A stretch of DNA of 64,000 bases from a virus. A program made the translations under genes and the position numbers. Positions 55,714 through 64,000 of the stretch are shown in pieces. Under the pieces are notes generated by a model that worked only from the letters and a program-made list of their open reading frames with translations, did not search any database and was not told the DNA's origin. Each line of letters starts with the position of its first letter. Positions within the stretch are counted from its first letter, which is position 1. The stretch is taken from the IMG/VR virus record IMGVR_UViG_3300001919_000028, positions 1 to 64,000 of that record; one strand, given 5' to 3'.

Positions 55714-56505
55714 ATGGGAGAAATAAGCTACGAACCACTTATCCGAGATATGGTCTGGAGTTATTCCAGAATCAAAGCGTTTGAGGCTTGCCCATACAGG
55801 TGGTACTTGAAATACATACGCTTCCCCAAAAAGCACGGCAAGGATTTGTTCTTTGCAGACTACGGCAAGTTTGTCCACGAACTGATCGCTGATTTTTACT
55901 CCGGCAGGAAGTCCAGGCAGGAGGTAGAGCTGGAGTATTTACAGCGTTTCAGAGAAAAGGTCAAGTCGTTCGCTCCGAACAAAAAGATTTTCACGAATTA
56001 CTTCAAGGATGGCCTCTCCTACCTCAGAAGTTTGGAGCCGTCGGCCAATCAGGTCTTGGCGATTGAGGAAGAGACGAAGTTTTCCGTCGGCGATATCCCA
56101 TTCATCGGTTACATAGACCGTGTGGACAGGAATAAGGCCGGCGAGATCTCCATCATCGACAACAAGTCGAGGAAATTAAAGCCGCGCAGTGGGAGAAAGA
56201 CTCCGACAAAGGCGGACGAAGAGTTAGACGACTATCTCAGGCAGCTCTACCTGTACTCTATCCCGGTGAAGGATATGTACGGCTGTTTCCCAAGTAAGCT
56301 GTGCTTCAACTGCTTCCGGGACAAGCTGACAATAGAGGAACCGTTCCAGAAAGAGGTGTTCAACAACACGCTCCAATGGGCGGCGGACAGGGTTGACGAG
56401 ATAGCGGTCGAGACAGACTTCAAGCCGATTGTCGAGTATTTCAAATGCAGGTATTTATGTGAGATGCAGGATTACTGCGAATATTACGAACTGTCAAGGA
56501 GGTAA
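55714..56505 (+). CDS. PD-(D/E)XK Cas4/RecB-like exonuclease with C-terminal Cys cluster
   Basis: Nuclease core …IDRVD…E.K… and C…CxxxxxC Fe-S-like cluster. Confidence 0.7.
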   Translation: MGEISYEPLIRDMVWSYSRIKAFEACPYRWYLKYIRFPKKHGKDLFFADYGKFVHELIADFYSGRKSRQEVELEYLQRFREKVKSFAPNKKIFTNYFKDGLSYLRSLEPSANQVLAIEEETKFSVGDIPFIGYIDRVDRNKAGEISIIDNKSRKLKPRSGRKTPTKADEELDDYLRQLYLYSIPVKDMYGCFPSKLCFNCFRDKLTIEEPFQKEVFNNTLQWAADRVDEIAVETDFKPIVEYFKCRYLCEMQDYCEYYELSRR

Positions 56506-57839
56506 TGACCATGAAACCAGGTGAAATCAGCAACATCACGGCAGAATCTGGCGTCATCGCCTCTTTGGTACACCACCCGGAGTTTGTTTTCTACTCCGAG
56601 AACCTTCTGCCAAACCACTTTTCCAACAAACAGAACGCCTATATGTACCTTGCCATCAGCGTACTCGCCCAGCAGGGCATCAAGACGGTCGATGCGTACA
56701 ACATCATCAGTGCCTTGGAGTCCTCTGAGAACACAAAGCGGTATGCTGACGCTCTTCCCATCGACGAGCTCCAGGAGTTCCTTGACAACAGCGAAGACAT
56801 CGCCAGACACACGGTCGAAGATTATAAGCTGGTTGTCGGGAACGTCATGGACGCCGCTCTACGGCGTGATGTGATGAAGCGGCTCAAAGACTGCGAGGAA
56901 CTCTGTCTCCGCGAGGGACAGGGCGACCTGGAGCAGAAGATATATTCCGCTCTTGACGAGGTTATGCTGGAGTTTTCTGCGGCAAACGAAGTCCCTCCCT
57001 ACTCAGAGGTCGTTGACGAATACTGGGAGGAAATCAAGACGAGACAGGGCAGCGGATATGCTGGCATACCGTTCAAGTTTCCGACTTTGAACGAGTACGC
57101 GACCATCGAACCGGGAGAGCTGTTCATCTTTGCGGCGGAGGCAAAGCAGGGCAAGAGCATGATGCTCCTCAACTGCGCCGTAGACCTGCTCAAGCGGGAT
57201 CTGTCCGTCCTGTACCTCGACAGCGAGCTGAACACAAGGTTGTTTACGGCCCGTCTGCTCGCCCACCTGACCGGGATAGAGTTCAAGAGGCTGACATCCG
57301 GTCGTTACACCGAGGAAGAGGGAGAGCGCATCATCCAGGCGAAAGAGTGGTTGAAGACCAGGAAGTTCACACACGTCTATATCCCCATGTTTGACCAGCA
57401 GAGCATTTACACGGCAGTAAAAAAGGTATGGCACACGCAGGGGATCGACGTCCTTGTGGTTGACTATTTCAAGGGCTCCGGTTCTGGCGATGCGTTTGAC
57501 AGCTACCAGGAGCTTGGCCGTTTTGTAGACATGGTCAAGAACAAGCTGTGCGGAGACATGGGCTTTGCAGGGCTTGGCGCCGCACAGGCCACAGCGACAG
57601 GTAAGGTCGCGGACAGCGCGAAGATAGGGCGCAACGCCTCGACCATAGCCATTATCACGGATAAGACACCGGAAGAAATCGAAGCCGACGGACCGGAATG
57701 CGGCAACAAGAAGCTGTTCGTGAAGATGAACCGCAACGGAATGCAGATGGCCGACGGAGAATACATAGACCTGCTGTTTGACGGGAACCACATCTTATAT
57801 TCCGAGGCCAAACAGCACATCCCGCAGACCCCATACTAA
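56505..57839 (+). CDS. dnaB: DnaB-like replicative helicase
   Basis: N-terminal DnaB domain (AESGVIASLV…), RecA-like core with Walker A AAEAKQGKS. Confidence 0.85.
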   Translation: MTMKPGEISNITAESGVIASLVHHPEFVFYSENLLPNHFSNKQNAYMYLAISVLAQQGIKTVDAYNIISALESSENTKRYADALPIDELQEFLDNSEDIARHTVEDYKLVVGNVMDAALRRDVMKRLKDCEELCLREGQGDLEQKIYSALDEVMLEFSAANEVPPYSEVVDEYWEEIKTRQGSGYAGIPFKFPTLNEYATIEPGELFIFAAEAKQGKSMMLLNCAVDLLKRDLSVLYLDSELNTRLFTARLLAHLTGIEFKRLTSGRYTEEEGERIIQAKEWLKTRKFTHVYIPMFDQQSIYTAVKKVWHTQGIDVLVVDYFKGSGSGDAFDSYQELGRFVDMVKNKLCGDMGFAGLGAAQATATGKVADSAKIGRNASTIAIITDKTPEEIEADGPECGNKKLFVKMNRNGMQMADGEYIDLLFDGNHILYSEAKQHIPQTPY

Positions 57840-57855
57840 GTTTGGAGGCAATGTT

Positions 57856-58044
57856 TTGAAAAAAGCGCTTATCGTTATCGCGGTGTTAGCCATCGCGCTT
57901 GGGATTAGCTGGGTAATCACGGTTGGAATCCTCAAATTGATTTCCATCTGCTTCGGGGTGGGGTTCTCCCTCCCCGTCGCAACCGGTATCTGGCTCATTC
58001 TCTGCTTGGTACAGTCGATTTTCAGCAAATCGAGCAAGGATTGA
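57856..58044 (+). CDS. Small membrane protein
   Basis: Hydrophobic 62 aa. Confidence 0.4.
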   Translation: MKKALIVIAVLAIALGISWVITVGILKLISICFGVGFSLPVATGIWLILCLVQSIFSKSSKD

Positions 58045-58070
58045 CACGAGAGTAAAGGAGGGGTGACAGA

Positions 58071-59051
58071 ATGACGCTGTCAGAGTTGATAGAGTCCGTC
58101 GATATTCTCGAATACATATCTCAGTTCACTGAATTTGAGGAGAAGAACGGAGAATATTGGGCGCTGTCACCCCTCAAAGAGGAAGAGACGCCCTCTTTCT
58201 CCGTCAACAAGGAGATGAACCGCTTTTATGACTTCTCGTCAGGCAAAGGCGGCAACATCATGTCCTTCATCAAGTACCATAACCACTGCGGCGACTCAGA
58301 AGCGGCAGATATCCTGCGAAAATACGCCGGAGACAAGGGTTGTGATAAGGTGCGGCACAAAATGGAGGCTTACAAGGTCGCAAAACGGTTCGCACCGAAG
58401 AAAAAACAGCAAAAATCGTCCAAAGCCTCTATTTTGCCGGACGATTACATGAAACGGTATGAAAAACGTGCCGATAAGCTGGCCATCTGGCGCTCGGAAG
58501 GCATTTCAGACCGCTCCATGGAGCGTTTCAGTGTGTTTTACGACGATTTTTCGGACCGGATCGTCTATCCGATACGGAACATGGACGGAAAAATCATCAA
58601 TGTGTCCGGCAGAACGGTCGATGAACACTGGAAAGAGAAAAAACTGCGAAAATACACCTATTTTAAGCCCCTCGGAGTGCTCGACACCATCTATGGAGCG
58701 TCCGAAAACATGGATTTCATCAAAGAAAAGGGCGAAATCATCCTTTTTGAGGGCGCGAAGTCGGTTATGATCGCCGACACATGGGGTTACAAGAACACGG
58801 GGGCAATCCTGACATCGCACTTGAACCCATTTCAGCTCAAAATCCTCATTAAACTCGGCTGTACCGTGGTTTTTGCCTTGGACAAGGAGATAAACATCAA
58901 GGAAGATGACAACATCAAGAGGCTAAAGCGGTATGTGAGGGTCGAATATGTCTGGGATAAGGATAATTTGCTGGATGAAAAAATGAGTCCGGTGGACGCC
59001 GGGCTTGAAGTCTGGAAAAAACTATATGAGGGGAGGTTATATTATCGCTAA
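58071..59051 (+). CDS. DnaG-like primase with degenerate zinc-binding N-terminus and TOPRIM domain
   Basis: …TPSFSVN…FYDFSSGKGGNIMSFI resembles the DnaG CHC2 finger with Cys/His replaced; TOPRIM …EGAKSVM…ALDKE. Confidence 0.7.
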   Translation: MTLSELIESVDILEYISQFTEFEEKNGEYWALSPLKEEETPSFSVNKEMNRFYDFSSGKGGNIMSFIKYHNHCGDSEAADILRKYAGDKGCDKVRHKMEAYKVAKRFAPKKKQQKSSKASILPDDYMKRYEKRADKLAIWRSEGISDRSMERFSVFYDDFSDRIVYPIRNMDGKIINVSGRTVDEHWKEKKLRKYTYFKPLGVLDTIYGASENMDFIKEKGEIILFEGAKSVMIADTWGYKNTGAILTSHLNPFQLKILIKLGCTVVFALDKEINIKEDDNIKRLKRYVRVEYVWDKDNLLDEKMSPVDAGLEVWKKLYEGRLYYR

Positions 59052-62000
59052 CGAGCTGGTTATCTACCATTTGCACTCCGATTTGAGCAATGGCGTTACG
59101 AACATAGACAGCGTAACGAAGTTCGGAGAGTACATAGAGGCCGCCAAAGCGTGCGGGATGAAAGCCCTTGGGTTTTCCGAGCACGGTTCTATCTTCGAGT
59201 GGTATCACAAGAAAAGCGCGATAGAGGCGGCGGGCCTCAAATACATCCATGCGGTCGAGGCTTATCTGACGGCGGACCTGACCGAGAAAGTCCGCGACAG
59301 CTACCACTGCGTTCTGATCGCCAAAAACTACGACGGTTTTCTGGAACTGAACCAGTTGGTGTCCGACAGCTTCAACCGCAAAGACAACCACTTCTACTAT
59401 GTCCCTCGTATCTCATTCCAGGAGCTGTTCGGCACATCGGATAACATCATCATCACGACGGCCTGTATCGGTGGCGTCTTGGCAAAGGGCGACGACAACA
59501 CGCAGCGTGTGTTCCTCTCATTCCTGGAGCGGAATAAGCACCGCTGTTTCCTCGAAATCGGCCACCACCTTGACGAGAAACAGGTGTCGTACAACCAAAA
59601 GCTGTACGACCTGTCGCTAAACACAGGGATACCCCTCATTGCCGGGACAGACACACACGTTTTGAACGCCAAGCATGAACGTGGGCGGTCCATTCTCCAA
59701 AAGGCGAAGAACATTCGGTTCGATGAAGAGGATAAATGGGACTTAAAGTTCAAGAACTACGACGAGTTGGTCGAGGCATACCGTTTGCAGGGCGCTCTGC
59801 CGCCAGAGGTGTATCTGGAAGCCATCGACAACACCGTGAAGATGGCTGACATGGTCGAGCCGTTCACGCTTGACAAGGGCACGAAGTACCCGCACATCTA
59901 CGAGAATCCGGAGGAGACATTCGAGAAGAAGATCGCCGACGCCGTCAACTCTCACAAAATCGCAATCGAGCGGCACGGCAAAGAGAAAATCGAGCAGGTC
60001 GTAAAGGACGAGTTGGAGGTCTACAAGGCCACAAAGTCCATCGACTTCATGCTCCTGCAGACCTACCTGCGGGAGTGGGAGCGGAGCAAGGGAATCCAGT
60101 GCGGATACGGGCGCGGTTCTGTGTCAGGCAGTATGATTGCCTATCTGCTCGGCATCACAGAGATGGACAGCATCCGGTTCGATCTGAACTTCTTCCGCTT
60201 TATGAACCCCTCCCGTGTCACGAACGCCGATATTGATACGGATTACAGCGGCAAGGACAGGGACAGGGTCAAGGAGTTCCTCTTGAAAGATAAGATGAAT
60301 CTGCCGAACATACAGTCGGCGGAGATCATCACATTCAACACCATCGAGGAAAAGGGCGCCATCCGCGACGTTGCGAGAGCCCTGCAGATTCCTCTTGACG
60401 AGGTGGCCTCCATCACAAAAGCGTCTGACAGCAAGAACGAATCGGAGCGGCTGGCCGTCAGGAAGAAGTACAAAGAGTTGTTCTCCTATGTGGATATTGT
60501 GCGTGGCACCATCGTGTCAATCGGCACACACCCCAGCGGCGTTCTGATAAGCGACCTGCCGATTGCTCAGACGGTCGGGCTTTGCAGCGTGTCCACGTCA
60601 GATTATCCGGTCTCCATGATAAACATGAAAGAGCTGGACGAGCTGATGTATGTGAAGCTGGATATCCTCGGCCTGGACAACATCGGCGTTATCAATGAGA
60701 CGTGCAAAAAGCTGGGCATCGAGCGGCTGACGCCGGACAACGTAGACCTGGAGGACATGAACGTGTGGAAGAGCATCCGTGATGACACCACGCTGATCTT
60801 CCAATGGGAGTCCGACTCGGCGCAGGCATATCTAAAGAAGTTCCTGTCAGACAGGACCATTGATATTGCGAAGTCGAGAATCCCCAACTTCTCCATGCTG
60901 AAATGGCTGTCCTTCGGCAACGGCCTGATACGACCGGCCTGTGCCAGTTTCCGAAACAGCGTGGCAAACGGCGAGTTCTACGACAACGGCTTCAAAGAGT
61001 TGAACGATATGCTCGCCATGGAGGCCGGCAGGATCGCCATGCAGGAGACCATCATGCGGTTCCTCGTCACGTTCTGCGGCTACTCCAACGCGGAGTCGGA
61101 TAACGTGCGCCGCGCCATCGCCAAAAAGAAAGGGACCGAGAAGCTCCTGCCGGAGATTGAAGAGCGGTTCATCAAGTATTCCTCCGAGCACTACGACATC
61201 ACAAAAGAGCGGTGCGAGGAAGTCATCAAGCCGTTCCTGCAAATCATCCTGGACGCATCCGCCTACGGTTTTTCCTGGAACCACTCTGACGCATACTCAG
61301 CCGTCGGGTATATCTGCGGGTATCTCAGGTACTATTACCCGCTTGAGTTCCTGACGGCGGCGCTGAACATCTTTGGCGACAACAAGGATAAGACGGCGGC
61401 CATCACAAAATATGCCACAAGAGTCGGCATCAAAATCACACTTCCTAAATGGGGGCTGTCAAAGGGCGACTACTTCTTTGACCGGGAACGCAACGTCATC
61501 GCAAAGGGGTTGGCATCTGTAAAGTTCATGAGTGCCGGCCTTGCGGAAGAGCTCTACAACCTCGCCAAAGAAAAGCCGTACATCAACTTTATGGATGTGC
61601 TCTACGACCTCGACCACAAAACCAGCATCAACTCAAGACAGCTTGAGATTTTGATACAGCTCGACTTCTTCTCTGACTTCGGCAACCAGCGTGAGCTTCT
61701 CCGCATGGTAGACCTGTTCAATATGTTCAAGAAAGGCGAGGCAAAGCAGATCAAGAAGTCCGCCGTTGACGGCACACCGCTGGAACCAATCGTCGAGAGG
61801 TACGCCGTCGGCGTGACAAAGTCCGGCGGGGTCGCCAAGAGCTACACCCTGCTCGATGTCATGTCCATTCTGCGTGAGGCAGAGGCCGCTGTCAAGGCCA
61901 TGGGCATGGACGACCTGAGCGACATCATCAAGGTCAGGAACTTCTATGATGTCATGGGCTATATCGGCTATGTGTCCGGCAAGGACGCGGACAGGCCGAA

Positions 62001-62226
62001 GCTATACATAACCAAAACCGCACCGCTCTATCGGAAGAAAGACAACGTGCAGTTTGGATATAGTGTCTTCACAAAATCAATAGGCAACGGCAAGGAAAGC
62101 AGGTTCACCGTGGTCAACCAAATCTACAATAAGGAGCCGGTCAAGGAGGGCGACATTATTTATTGCAGAGGTTACGAGCGAAATGGACAATATTTCAAAA
62201 TGACGGCCTATGAAAAAATTTATTAG
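59026..62226 (+). CDS. dnaE: DNA polymerase III alpha subunit (DnaE-type, PHP domain); start uncertain (59005-59040)
   Basis: PHP motif HLHSDLSNG…HGS, polymerase core and C-terminal OB region; about 1070 aa. Confidence 0.85.
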   Translation: MRGGYIIANELVIYHLHSDLSNGVTNIDSVTKFGEYIEAAKACGMKALGFSEHGSIFEWYHKKSAIEAAGLKYIHAVEAYLTADLTEKVRDSYHCVLIAKNYDGFLELNQLVSDSFNRKDNHFYYVPRISFQELFGTSDNIIITTACIGGVLAKGDDNTQRVFLSFLERNKHRCFLEIGHHLDEKQVSYNQKLYDLSLNTGIPLIAGTDTHVLNAKHERGRSILQKAKNIRFDEEDKWDLKFKNYDELVEAYRLQGALPPEVYLEAIDNTVKMADMVEPFTLDKGTKYPHIYENPEETFEKKIADAVNSHKIAIERHGKEKIEQVVKDELEVYKATKSIDFMLLQTYLREWERSKGIQCGYGRGSVSGSMIAYLLGITEMDSIRFDLNFFRFMNPSRVTNADIDTDYSGKDRDRVKEFLLKDKMNLPNIQSAEIITFNTIEEKGAIRDVARALQIPLDEVASITKASDSKNESERLAVRKKYKELFSYVDIVRGTIVSIGTHPSGVLISDLPIAQTVGLCSVSTSDYPVSMINMKELDELMYVKLDILGLDNIGVINETCKKLGIERLTPDNVDLEDMNVWKSIRDDTTLIFQWESDSAQAYLKKFLSDRTIDIAKSRIPNFSMLKWLSFGNGLIRPACASFRNSVANGEFYDNGFKELNDMLAMEAGRIAMQETIMRFLVTFCGYSNAESDNVRRAIAKKKGTEKLLPEIEERFIKYSSEHYDITKERCEEVIKPFLQIILDASAYGFSWNHSDAYSAVGYICGYLRYYYPLEFLTAALNIFGDNKDKTAAITKYATRVGIKITLPKWGLSKGDYFFDRERNVIAKGLASVKFMSAGLAEELYNLAKEKPYINFMDVLYDLDHKTSINSRQLEILIQLDFFSDFGNQRELLRMVDLFNMFKKGEAKQIKKSAVDGTPLEPIVERYAVGVTKSGGVAKSYTLLDVMSILREAEAAVKAMGMDDLSDIIKVRNFYDVMGYIGYVSGKDADRPKLYITKTAPLYRKKDNVQFGYSVFTKSIGNGKESRFTVVNQIYNKEPVKEGDIIYCRGYERNGQYFKMTAYEKIY

Positions 62227-62242
62227 AAAGAAGGAGTCCACT

Positions 62243-62461
62243 ATGAAGTGCATCATCTGTGACAAGTGCAAGAAGACCATCGAAGACCCCCGGCAGGTGC
62301 GTACCATCACCTGCTCCCGCCCTCTCCGCCGCCGGCATGACGAGGACGAGTCCTGCAGGAACCGGTGCGACGACCCACGCATGAACGACATCATCTGGGA
62401 GAAGGATCTCTGCCAGGAGTGCGTCGCGGAGGTCGAGGCTTTGATCGAGGGCGGAGAGTAA
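62243..62461 (+). CDS. Zinc-finger protein (CIICDKC…CQEC)
   Basis: AAGGAG RBS. Confidence 0.45.
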   Translation: MKCIICDKCKKTIEDPRQVRTITCSRPLRRRHDEDESCRNRCDDPRMNDIIWEKDLCQECVAEVEALIEGGE

Positions 62462-62471
62462 GGAGCGGCGT

Positions 62472-62666
62472 ATGACGAAGCGTAAGATTACAGAGACCGT
62501 CTATGAGTATGACAAGGACGGGAAAGTCACCAAGAAAACCGTGACCGAGACAGAGGAGGAAGACGACACCATTTACGTCCCGTCATGGACCCAAACACCC
62601 TATTCTCCGCTTAACAGCGGCCCATACTACGTCACAAGCACCAATCAAGAGGAAAAGCCCATCTGA
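62472..62666 (+). CDS. Hypothetical protein
   Basis: ORF. Confidence 0.4.
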   Translation: MTKRKITETVYEYDKDGKVTKKTVTETEEEDDTIYVPSWTQTPYSPLNSGPYYVTSTNQEEKPI

Positions 62667-62731
62667 AAACGGCTTGGTTAAGCCACTTAAAATGATATAA
62701 AACTACGCTTTTATGCACAGGAGGTGTGAGT

Positions 62732-62980
62732 TTGTCCGACGTGAAGCGTTGTAACCACTGCGGGAAGCCGCTCGACGAGTGGGACTTGCAGGAGGACTTC
62801 AAAATACATAAAGCGGTCGGCTACGGGAGCAAGTATGACCTCAGCAAAGTAGAATTGCAGCTTTGCTGTGACTGCTTCGACAGGCTCGTAGACGAGTGCG
62901 TCATATCTCCGGTTGTTGGGGAGGTGCGTCTTGTTGGAGAGCATCAGTTACAGGATGTGTGCCCCTTCCAACCACAATGA
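62732..62980 (+). CDS. Zinc-ribbon protein (CNHCG…CCDC)
   Basis: AGGAGG RBS then TTG. Confidence 0.45.
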   Translation: MSDVKRCNHCGKPLDEWDLQEDFKIHKAVGYGSKYDLSKVELQLCCDCFDRLVDECVISPVVGEVRLVGEHQLQDVCPFQPQ

Positions 62981-62999
62981 AATACATAACGGTGACATC

Positions 63000-63773
63000 A
63001 TGTTTAACGAAGGAAAGTTGTATGCTTTTGCTGGCGGTGAATGGACAGAGATTGGTAATGTGACGCAGCCAACAGCCTTTGAGTTTGAGTACGAAGCTAT
63101 GGCCGCCAGGGCGATGGAACGTGCGAACAACCTTGTGGCGCAGGGTGCGTCCATCAACAATCTTTGTATGGTCTTATCGAAGGACGTTGCATCCCATCTG
63201 GTGAGGTTATCTCACGGGTCCGACCTGACAGTCGCATTTCGTGACGGGAACGAACTCGGTTGGAACGGACTCGTCGGAAGATACTGCGGGCTGAACATCG
63301 TTGTGATCCGAAATGATGACGTCCAGGGGTTCTGTGAAGTCGCACACATTGGCGTCCCCATTGATTCCGGCGGCTACACAGCCCACTATGGAGACTACGC
63401 CATAGAAGATGAAAGGTTGTTGAGGGTCTGCGAAGTAACAGCGTCACCACAAGCCACTGCAGTTAAAGTGGAGGAGACTGGCTATATGATATCGACCGAG
63501 CTTTATAAATACTTGGAGGCACACGCGACCGCCGATTTGGGTACAATGGCGGATTCCGGTTCTGCCGGAGGGGAGGGCTGGTGGCTCAGAACTCCCACCA
63601 CTTATTACGGAGTTCCGTGGAATTATTCGTGGGACAACACACCGTGGTTCAGCATCACTGACAACAGCAAGCCAAGGTTTACGGCAAAGAAAGCGAGGCA
63701 GGAGGAGTTCCAGCCATCTCCAGAACTTGACGAGTACCTGAACAGCTACCGTGTGCTCAAAAGCGCAACATAG
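63000..63773 (+). CDS. Hypothetical protein
   Basis: ORF. Confidence 0.5.
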   Translation: MFNEGKLYAFAGGEWTEIGNVTQPTAFEFEYEAMAARAMERANNLVAQGASINNLCMVLSKDVASHLVRLSHGSDLTVAFRDGNELGWNGLVGRYCGLNIVVIRNDDVQGFCEVAHIGVPIDSGGYTAHYGDYAIEDERLLRVCEVTASPQATAVKVEETGYMISTELYKYLEAHATADLGTMADSGSAGGEGWWLRTPTTYYGVPWNYSWDNTPWFSITDNSKPRFTAKKARQEEFQPSPELDEYLNSYRVLKSAT

Positions 63774-63850
63774 GAATATCTGAGCGGTAAAAAGGGCGGT
63801 GTTTCACACCGTTCCTTTTTATTGCCCGGAACAGTTTGGAGGTATCCACA

Positions 63851-64000
63851 ATGAAACGGACTTTAATTTTAGGCCCTCTGCTCTGCTTGGTCATTATCCT
63901 GTCGTCTTTCGTTCTTGTTGTTGACGGGACAGTGATCGACAGCGAGCAGGAGTTGGTCGATGCGGTGGCGGTCACGCTTCCTTATGAGGCAACACACGCC
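63851..64000 (+). CDS. Partial CDS (N-terminal signal/transmembrane segment), runs off the window end
   Basis: GGAGG RBS then ATG. Confidence 0.4.
   Translation, partial: MKRTLILGPLLCLVIILSSFVLVVDGTVIDSEQELVDAVAVTLPYEATHA

Noticed and set aside
1-64000. CRISPR arrays, rRNA genes, IS elements/transposases
   Set aside because: No regularly spaced direct repeats with unique spacers, no rRNA-like conserved stretches, and no transposase-like ORFs with terminal inverted repeats were seen. The only direct repeats are the two 41-bp copies at 1-144.

Overview
This 64 kb window reads as one contiguous segment of a large high-GC (about 55-60%) double-stranded DNA phage or prophage, probably infecting a Clostridia-type host. 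More than 95% of genes are on the + strand with tight or overlapping junctions. There are no capsid, tail or terminase genes and no host housekeeping genes. Main contents: (i) eight canonical tRNA genes (Glu, Lys, Ala, Ser, Pro, Thr-CGT, Thr-TGT, Gln) plus several tRNA-like fragments; (ii) an HU-like protein and a Lys/Ala-tailed protein; (iii) a ubiquitin-like conjugation or sulfur-carrier cassette at 11.0-15.4 kb: a ThiS/MoaD-like beta-grasp protein, a 498-aa Cys-rich partner, a JAB/MPN+ metalloprotease, a ThiF/E1-like enzyme and a second small protein whose C-terminus (…ESFLFGDLDLKGG-EA) mimics the ubiquitin …LRLRGG tail; (iv) a retron/UG-type reverse transcriptase (YADD) flanked by about 350-400 bp structured noncoding regions; (v) an NAD+ salvage or reconstitution cluster (PncA-like nicotinamidase, a PRPP-synthetase-like protein adjacent to a NAMPT-family enzyme, NadE) plus an ATP-dependent DNA ligase and a macro-domain protein; (vi) an RNA repair toolkit (CCA-adding enzyme, a cGAS/SMODS-like Pol-beta nucleotidyltransferase, a P-loop kinase, an Rnl2-type RNA ligase, two metallophosphoesterases) and a cysteine desulfurase; (vii) a lysogeny-like switch (a minus-strand LexA/CI-like S24 repressor with divergent promoters and a palindromic operator), an orphan MazF/PemK toxin with its own consensus promoter and a possible recombinase; (viii) a replication module (HD hydrolase, Erf-like annealase, SSB, Cas4-like PD-(D/E)XK nuclease, DnaB helicase, primase, DnaE-type polymerase). 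Many small Cys-rich or zinc-ribbon and membrane ORFs fill the gaps. The Ubl-E1-JAB cassette and the RT with its noncoding flanks are the most likely undescribed systems. All calls rest on motif recognition by eye; no database search was possible.
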